DNA from: a virus
Lineage: Duplodnaviria > Caudoviricetes
Virus record (IMG/VR): IMGVR_UViG_3300032737_000190
Span: 1 to 55,123 of that record
Strand: one strand, 5' to 3'
DNA length: 55,123 bases
The notes beneath the pieces were generated by a model, which saw only the letters and a program-made list of their open reading frames with translations, was not told the DNA's origin and searched no databases. Positions 48,509 through 55,123 of the stretch are shown piece after piece. Made by a program: the position numbers and the translations under genes. Within the stretch, counting starts at the first letter, position 1. Each line of letters opens with the position of its first letter.

Positions 48509-51500
48509 TTAGGTATTTTGTCTTGTGCCTTTGCAATAGGGAAATCGTTTACACCCATAAAACTCGCCGTATCTACCTTTCCTCAAAACCATCTGAGATG
48601 CGCATTTAGGACACTGTTTATCAACAAGAATAACAGGTTTTGGTTGTCTAGCGCTACGACTGGCAGAAGGCATAGCTTTGCAACTTCTGCAAATTCTGCC
48701 GTATCCCGAAACTAAACGCGTGTCTTGGAAATCTACGCTGTTCTTAATATCTTTACACTTCGGACACTCTTTCATATCGCCGTTTTCAAGTCCTTCTACT
48801 GTTTGGTGAATGTTGCTTAACAAAGCATCCATATCTCTCTCACCTACAGAAATTAACTTCTTAATTCTGGTATCAAGAGTCTCCACAGGATCATCTCCCA
48901 TTGTGAATTTATTAATACGCAAAAATTTATACCCATAGCTTTCTAGTACCTTCTCTCGATACAGGTCTTGCTCTCCGTAGTATTCACCAATGTTGAATTC
49001 ATTAATCTGTTCCTTTGATCCAAAATGTTCATCGAAGCCATCATATTCAATAACAATACTGTGATTTTTTCCTCTGTCGTCTTTGAATACTAATAAGAAA
49101 TCAACTTTGTAATTTGGATGATTGTAATTCGTATCTAGTTGTTTTAGATACTTACCAAGCTCAAATTGAGGGTTAAACTCAATTTGCACTTTGTGCTCTT
49201 TCCAAAAATCTGTCTGATAGAACCAGTGCAATACCTTAGCTTCCATCGGAGAGTTGGGGTCAACATCGTCTGCTGTTTTTTCTTGCTTACCTTCTTCAAT
49301 AGCATTTGCATAATGACGTAGTGCTTCACCAATAGAACCGTTAAATTCTTTAATCTCTTTGCTTAGCACGAAGTGCATACACTCCTTTGCACGACTAAAT
49401 CCAACATTGAGGCGTTGCGCCTTAATAGTTCCTTGTTCCTCTAAATCTTGTTTGCTGAGGTCTGATATGAAAACTCCATATAGCCTGTCCGATTCTTCAG
49501 TAGCAACCATTGGGTAATAAATGATGTCTCTCTCTTCACCTTGGCAAGTATCGAACGTCATGATTTTTAGCTTTAGCTCAGCAAAGAACCAATCAGAATC
49601 AGAGTGCTTACTAATTTTTTCGACTAAACGTTTCTGTTGATTTGTATGAGGTGTAATGATTCCAACACTCGATTTAGATTGCATCTTTTTCAAATTCTCT
49701 AGCTCAGAAATCACAAAATTTATTTCTAGCATATTTGTATTCGGCACTGTCTCAGCTTTTCCATCATGCTCCAAGACAGTAAATTTTAACACATCATTGA
49801 TAGATTTAGCCCGAATTTTCATAACCTCTAAAGATTCTTGATAGAAATATTTATTGGAGTACCCAATGTTTTCTTTGTATCCCCTAAAATGTTTCTTTAG
49901 CTGAATATTAAAGTTATTAATAAATTCAAAGAAATCCAAAATAGATGTTTTGATATTGAACTTGTTCAGCTTTTCGAGCTTCACTTTGTCTTTTGAAATC
50001 GTCTCTGTAAAGACTTTCTTAAGATTGGCAATGTACTCCCTGTTTGTGTCAGTTCTCGCATGTGATGCTTTTACATTGCTGAACTGTTTTCTATCTCCCA
50101 GAATCAAAACCTTTTTAGCACGCAATAAGGCAGGGAAAGCTTGGGCAATACTTACCTGTGAAGCCTCATCAATAATTACTAAATCAAAGATATCTGGCTC
50201 CAATGGTATATATTCTGCATAGTCTCGAATGCCAGCCAGAATACAAGGAAATGCTTTTTTTAGCTTATTAAACTCATCCTTTGGGAATCTCTGTTTTTTC
50301 TGAATGAGGGTCTTGATGGTCTTAGCAGTAGCCGTGTTGTTGTAGTAAAATTTGATAAGCTTTGCATCCATCAAGTATGTCATTTGAGCTGTGACCAGGT
50401 CTTCTATATTTGATTTATCATTTACATAATCTACTTGTCCCAACTTACTGAATCCGTCCGTAATTTTCTGATGTAAAGTAATGTAGCGCACAATCTTAGC
50501 AAGGTCTTCTTCCTCCAGTTCAACCAAATCATTATCCAGTATTTGAGCTAAAGAATCGCTTTGGATTCCAAGAAGTTTATAAGTCTTTGGATAATCAGCA
50601 TCTTTGTCTTCAATAAATCGCAGGTCATCCAGAGAACTAACCATTTCTGCAAATGCTTCTCCAATACCTTTATCAGACATGACACCTTGTACACCTTTTA
50701 AATAATTCATCTTTTTGGCGATAGGCGCTGCAACTTCCTTATGTAAAGAATCTAGATGCTTCAATACCTCTGCTGTACGACTAATTTCTTTTAAATGTTT
50801 ATGTGGCTTAGGTTCTGTATAACCAACGTCTCGCTTGAACTCAGAGTCTATTTTGAATACAGCTTCCTTCTGGAATAAGAATCCAAAGACAGGATTACGT
50901 ACCTCTTCGTACCGTGTTAAGTAGCTCTCAATCTTTGCAATTGTGCCATCATCTAACTTGCTCAATTTTGCGATTGCTTCTGTGTAAGTACCATATGCAT
51001 CAGTGACTTGCCCAATGTGTTTCTTTACTTCCTCAAGTACACTATAAAAGGCATGGTAATCCTCTAAACTGGAAAAATCATTAACGGAAATACTGAATGC
51101 ATCTAATAAGTATTGACCGTGAGTATGTGTTTGCTTGTCATCTTCATGGAACATCGAACGGAGTTTTACGAGTGCATCTCGTATTTCCTGCAAATCAATA
51201 GCAGCACCTTGCTTAGAAAGCAGCTCTTGCAAGTCAACCATTGAAGCGTTCTGCTCTACAAAAGGCTGTAATTCATGCAGTTCAATTATTTCCTTCAAAT
51301 CTATTTCCGCTGCGGTGCATGTTTCAGCTTCGACATCTTCTTTGAGAGTATCTAGTCGTTTCTGTACGGCTTCATCAATACCTCCATGCTCTTTCTTTAC
51401 TGCCCTGTAGTGATTTCTGATTCTATCAATGGATGTAGTGGAGAGTATTTTTGCATACGTACTCCCTGCCTTTCCTAGGCGTAAGATAGGATTTTGAAAA

Positions 51501-53089
51501 TCTTTATCGTGCCTTACTTTATCCATTGAGCTTGTAATTTTGTCTTCAACGACATCCAGAGCTTCTTTTTTATCTGAAAGAACCAATACCGATTGGTCGT
51601 TTAAAATCGCATCACAAACAATGGCTGTAATAGTATGACTTTTCCCTGTTCCTGGTGGACCCTCGACTGTGATGTAGTTACAACCATCCTTTTTAATTGC
51701 ACTAAGAATCTGTCTTTGTTCGCTGTTTAATGGCACAGGTGTGGGGTATACCAACTTATCTCCAATGCTCTGCTCATCCCATTCATTATCAATCTTTTCA
51801 TGAAAAGATAATGGTTCGTTAAATATGAAGTTATCAATCAACCTATTGAATATCTCGCTAAGAGGATTGTCTTCTGAATCTAATAGTCCAAGAATATCCT
51901 CATAATCGTTAACTAACGCCTCATCTGATTTATCAAATAGGGACACATTGCATGCATTAGTAGTACGAACCCAGAGACTTTTAGCAATTTGATTATCTTG
52001 CTCTAAGACATTAAAACTTGAATCCAGTTCAAAGAAATTCGTTATCTCAGAAAGAATTTGATCTAAGATCGTATGTAGATTCTCACCATGCTCAGCTAAA
52101 TAAATAATTCTTTCGGTTATAGATTTGAGACTTCCTCGCTTGCCCTTCTCAATATTGTATTCCTGAACAATAAATTCAAGCGCTTTTTTGTTTATGTACA
52201 GTTGAGAATCAAATTCTATATTGAGTGTGTCTTTATCTCGATTGATAGTGAAGGGAATATAAAAAAGAGGGTATCTCGATTTACGGAAAGAAATATCATA
52301 GAAGTAAAAATAAAACTCCTGTTTGTCTAAAATCAACCTATTTCTATCCATTTCGAATATCTCACTAAATAAGTCAGTGACTCTAAAAGCATCAAAGAAA
52401 TCAAAAATACTTACTTTTACAGCATCTTCCTCAAATACCTCTTTTAACTGTTTTTCTATATTCATCTCTTGGTTGCTAACAATGTAATTTACAATTTGCA
52501 TACACCTATTTTCAATAAGAGATAGTAGGATAGTTGTTAGCTCTTCTTCCATAAGATAAATACTGTTCTCATCACCTAAATCTAAATTTTCTAAAGGTTT
52601 TTCTATGCTCCCTATGAAAGGATTAATTAGTTCCTCTCGAAGGATACTTGCACATGATTCCAATGCAATAGACTGTGCTTTATCTACCTCTTTCTTGTGT
52701 TGAACAGCAGCATCTTCAACTGCTTCCGATAATCGTTTTAGTACTTGATTAATTTGCTTCTTGGATATTCTGCCTACCTGCAACTCAATAAGGTCAAGCA
52801 AGCCAGTTGGAATTGAGGTTTTGTAGACACCTCTTTCAATCTTTAGAGAGCTATCAGGAAATCCTTTAGCCAAGGTTTTACGAATAATATTCTGAAAATC
52901 TGGATACTTATTGAGGCTTAAGCCAATAAGCAAATTATCCTTGTTCCTTGATTGCACTGAACGCTTGGGGTTTCTTCTTTTATGAAAATCTGTTTCTAAA
53001 AAATCCATGAAGTACTTCGCTACTTCTTTAATAAATTTATGAGATTTATTCTGATTTGCGGCCACAGGATTTGTCTCTTTCTTGCTCAT
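48509..53089 (-). CDS. SF1 (Upf1/DNA2-like) helicase fused to Vsr/DUF559-like nuclease and topoisomerase-type C4 zinc finger
   Basis: GPPGTGKS, IIDEASQ, GDRKQ, QGEERD, RLNVGFSRAK; SPME...VDF...IEYDG...H; CPKC...GEFYGCKRFPYC. Confidence 0.85.
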   Translation of the reverse strand: MSKKETNPVAANQNKSHKFIKEVAKYFMDFLETDFHKRRNPKRSVQSRNKDNLLIGLSLNKYPDFQNIIRKTLAKGFPDSSLKIERGVYKTSIPTGLLDLIELQVGRISKKQINQVLKRLSEAVEDAAVQHKKEVDKAQSIALESCASILREELINPFIGSIEKPLENLDLGDENSIYLMEEELTTILLSLIENRCMQIVNYIVSNQEMNIEKQLKEVFEEDAVKVSIFDFFDAFRVTDLFSEIFEMDRNRLILDKQEFYFYFYDISFRKSRYPLFYIPFTINRDKDTLNIEFDSQLYINKKALEFIVQEYNIEKGKRGSLKSITERIIYLAEHGENLHTILDQILSEITNFFELDSSFNVLEQDNQIAKSLWVRTTNACNVSLFDKSDEALVNDYEDILGLLDSEDNPLSEIFNRLIDNFIFNEPLSFHEKIDNEWDEQSIGDKLVYPTPVPLNSEQRQILSAIKKDGCNYITVEGPPGTGKSHTITAIVCDAILNDQSVLVLSDKKEALDVVEDKITSSMDKVRHDKDFQNPILRLGKAGSTYAKILSTTSIDRIRNHYRAVKKEHGGIDEAVQKRLDTLKEDVEAETCTAAEIDLKEIIELHELQPFVEQNASMVDLQELLSKQGAAIDLQEIRDALVKLRSMFHEDDKQTHTHGQYLLDAFSISVNDFSSLEDYHAFYSVLEEVKKHIGQVTDAYGTYTEAIAKLSKLDDGTIAKIESYLTRYEEVRNPVFGFLFQKEAVFKIDSEFKRDVGYTEPKPHKHLKEISRTAEVLKHLDSLHKEVAAPIAKKMNYLKGVQGVMSDKGIGEAFAEMVSSLDDLRFIEDKDADYPKTYKLLGIQSDSLAQILDNDLVELEEEDLAKIVRYITLHQKITDGFSKLGQVDYVNDKSNIEDLVTAQMTYLMDAKLIKFYYNNTATAKTIKTLIQKKQRFPKDEFNKLKKAFPCILAGIRDYAEYIPLEPDIFDLVIIDEASQVSIAQAFPALLRAKKVLILGDRKQFSNVKASHARTDTNREYIANLKKVFTETISKDKVKLEKLNKFNIKTSILDFFEFINNFNIQLKKHFRGYKENIGYSNKYFYQESLEVMKIRAKSINDVLKFTVLEHDGKAETVPNTNMLEINFVISELENLKKMQSKSSVGIITPHTNQQKRLVEKISKHSDSDWFFAELKLKIMTFDTCQGEERDIIYYPMVATEESDRLYGVFISDLSKQDLEEQGTIKAQRLNVGFSRAKECMHFVLSKEIKEFNGSIGEALRHYANAIEEGKQEKTADDVDPNSPMEAKVLHWFYQTDFWKEHKVQIEFNPQFELGKYLKQLDTNYNHPNYKVDFLLVFKDDRGKNHSIVIEYDGFDEHFGSKEQINEFNIGEYYGEQDLYREKVLESYGYKFLRINKFTMGDDPVETLDTRIKKLISVGERDMDALLSNIHQTVEGLENGDMKECPKCKDIKNSVDFQDTRLVSGYGRICRSCKAMPSASRSARQPKPVILVDKQCPKCASQMVLRKGRYGEFYGCKRFPYCKGTRQNT

Positions 53090-53187
53090 ATTGCACTATA
53101 TTGTATAGGTTAAGGCTCCATTCTTAAAGAAAATAACTCTTGCTTAGCTAATCTGACAAGGGATGATAGATATTAAAAGAACCAACG

Positions 53188-54237
53188 CTATTCCTTCATC
53201 CAGAACCAGTAGTGATTGAGAAGTTTGGAGCGAAGCCTGTAGGTGTTGGCATGGGAGAGAACACCAAGATACGAATGCAGAGATTGCTCAACACTTTCAG
53301 CGGTTTCCGATCCTGTTTTATGCATAGATACCCTCTCATGAAACTTGCGAAACATACGATTCTTTGTGCGCGTGCGAAGCATTCGATGGTGAGGCAGGAG
53401 TACATATCCGAGATAATCTATGCCCTGCGTAAACTTACGAATTGTGACCTTACGTGGATGCAGATCAAGGGAAAGTTCTTGTTGAAGGAATGATCCAATA
53501 GTCTTAATAAGAGATTGTAGGTACAGACTATCTGAAGATACGATCACAAAATCGTCAGTGTATCGAACGTAGTGACATATTTTCAATTCATGCTTCATAA
53601 ATTGATCTAAGGCGTTGAGGTACACGTTTGCAAAGAGCTGTGAAGTTAAATTGCCAATAGGAATGCCAGACTGCGAAACACTTCCAAATTGTGGAGCAGT
53701 AAAGCTATCGATAATTTCATCCATCAACCGAAGTACATCCTTATCACGGATGCGTTTTGTGATTTGGGATTTTAGGATTGGGTGCGACACTGAATCGAAA
53801 AATTTGTTGATATCACACTGCAGAGCAAAACAGGTACGGCTATTATTTCTGCTTTCTCTTCGCAACATCTGTTCCAGTGCATCTACTGCTTTATGTGTAC
53901 CCTTACCCTTTCTACAAGAGAAAGAATGAGCAATAAACGTCGGTTCGAAAATCGGATTGAGAACAGAGAATACAGCATGGTGAACGATACGATCACGAAC
54001 AGATGCTTTGTGAATATGACGCTGCTTTGGATCACAAATTGTAAAGGCACTATACGGTTGATGTTTATAAGTGCCGCTCGAAAGTTCCCTGTGTAATTGA
54101 AAAAGATTCTGTTCCAGTTTCCGCTCGAACTCCTGTACATCTATCCGCGCCTGTTTGCCTTTACGAAATTCCTCCCATGCAACAAAGAGATTTTCAGTGG
54201 AGATGATCCGCTCGTAAAGATGGCAATAAACACGCAC
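53188..54237 (-). CDS. Reverse transcriptase, DGR type
   Basis: RDRIVHHA, CDINKFFDSV, GIPIGNLTSQ (DGR-type IGxxxSQ rather than group II QGxxxSP), YVRYTDD, DYLGY; no endonuclease extension; likely GTG start at 54237. Confidence 0.9.
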   Translation of the reverse strand: MRVYCHLYERIISTENLFVAWEEFRKGKQARIDVQEFERKLEQNLFQLHRELSSGTYKHQPYSAFTICDPKQRHIHKASVRDRIVHHAVFSVLNPIFEPTFIAHSFSCRKGKGTHKAVDALEQMLRRESRNNSRTCFALQCDINKFFDSVSHPILKSQITKRIRDKDVLRLMDEIIDSFTAPQFGSVSQSGIPIGNLTSQLFANVYLNALDQFMKHELKICHYVRYTDDFVIVSSDSLYLQSLIKTIGSFLQQELSLDLHPRKVTIRKFTQGIDYLGYVLLPHHRMLRTRTKNRMFRKFHERVSMHKTGSETAESVEQSLHSYLGVLSHANTYRLRSKLLNHYWFWMKE

Positions 54238-54467
54238 AAAGGCATTGTAGTCGCTCATTCTCTTAAAATCGATCATTGACAGTATCGTCATTTGGTTATA
54301 TTGTATATTAAGATGCTCTTTTAGATCATCGTCAAGATTCAGGTAAAGAGACAAGCGCTCTGTGTATTTATTTGTGCATAGGGTGCTTGTCTCATTTTCG
54401 AGCAAGTCCGAGCCGACGGTACAATCGGTAATACTTGTATGCCCTTAATAGGGTAAAGGAGATTTTC

Positions 54468-55123
54468 ATGAAGACCGCAACAAGTTTGACAGGTCTGCCG
54501 CAGAAGAAGGTCACCACTGGTCTCAAGCGGCTCCAAGAGGCTGGTATCACACCAGAGCGATGGCTAACCATGCTTGACGCTGACTCTGCAGAAATGCAGC
54601 GTCTAGCAGACGCGTGGCCAGTGCGACTGCCGTCCTTCACCTACGATGCCGTGGCAATCCTCGGTTTCGGAGAAGCAAGTACGGAGCCGCTCCCAGAACC
54701 CGCACCTGGCGAGATCATTATCCGCGTCGGAGACTGGTCTCTGCAAGATCTGCGTGACTGTGAGGTCGGCAAGGAGCTGATGCACCAGCAGGATTGGTAC
54801 GACAAGTACGACTGCGCAAGTGCGAAGCTGACAGCAGGCATCTACCGCATGCGCCTGCCCGTGCCAGACAGCAACCGCAAGAACTTCGCCGAACAGAAGG
54901 AACTTCTCCTTTCTGGCGAAGAGGTCGCTCCTGTCGCACTCGGCGCTTCCGCCCTCCTCGATCATCTGAAGGAGACCGGAAACGATCTCCTAAAGAACGA
55001 TTGGTGTCGTTGCGAAGAGCCGCGCCCCGTTGACAGCCTCGTCGGTCTCGATATCGGCGAGTGTCGCGTGAGCGTCAGCAGCAACTGGGATGGCGGTCGG
55101 CATGACAGCGTGTGGTTGTCGGC
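54468..55123 (+). CDS. Putative DGR target protein, 3'-truncated by window
   Basis: Not in the ORF track because it has no stop. AAGGAG precedes ATG 54468; frame is open to the end: MKTATSL...DHLKETGNDLLKNDWCRCEEPRPVDSLVGLDIGECRVSVSSNWDGGRHDSVWLSA. Confidence 0.75.
   Translation, partial: MKTATSLTGLPQKKVTTGLKRLQEAGITPERWLTMLDADSAEMQRLADAWPVRLPSFTYDAVAILGFGEASTEPLPEPAPGEIIIRVGDWSLQDLRDCEVGKELMHQQDWYDKYDCASAKLTAGIYRMRLPVPDSNRKNFAEQKELLLSGEEVAPVALGASALLDHLKETGNDLLKNDWCRCEEPRPVDSLVGLDIGECRVSVSSNWDGGRHDSVWLS

Noticed and set aside
5621-53089. Complete prophage
   Set aside because: No recognisable portal, capsid, tail, lysis or replication genes.
53188-54405. RT as group II intron or retron
   Set aside because: It has IGNLTSQ rather than QGxxxSP, no maturase/endonuclease extension, no retron VTG motif, and no convincing msr-msd or intron domain V nearby.
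54238-54467. DGR template repeat or avd in the RT-target spacer
   Set aside because: No AAC/GTT-rich tract, no similarity to the target 3' end, and too short for avd.
376-55033. Numerous short ORFs overlapping larger genes
   Set aside because: They are antisense or alternative-frame shadows of well-supported CDSs, with no motifs.

Overview
This is an accessory, island-rich 55-kb bacterial window; a Patescibacteria/CPR-like host is inferred from gene content only. It holds two diverged copies of a five-gene core (5621-11130 and 43184-48506): ParB-DNA methyltransferase, second methyltransferase, small HTH/TerS-like protein, terminase large subunit, large serine recombinase. No portal, capsid or tail genes are recognisable. 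Each core is preceded on the opposite strand by a paralogous Zn-finger/HTH gene and flanked by variable defence-type cargo: HEPN proteins, an Avs-like STAND ATPase, SNF2 plus type III R-M, a NucS-like nuclease, DUF2779 nucleases, GmrSD and an SF1 helicase-nuclease. Between the cores, a 9.2-kb stress/envelope cassette is bracketed by a 34-bp direct repeat related to the non-coding motif upstream of both recombinases. That cassette contains a CIRCE-controlled frameshifted hsp20, an ECF sigma factor with four visible cognate promoters, an SLH protein and a MacAB-like exporter with a nonsense codon. The window ends in a diversity-generating retroelement (DGR): a DGR-type reverse transcriptase and a divergent target gene absent from the ORF track, cut off inside its probable variable repeat. 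All family assignments come from motif recognition, not database searches.
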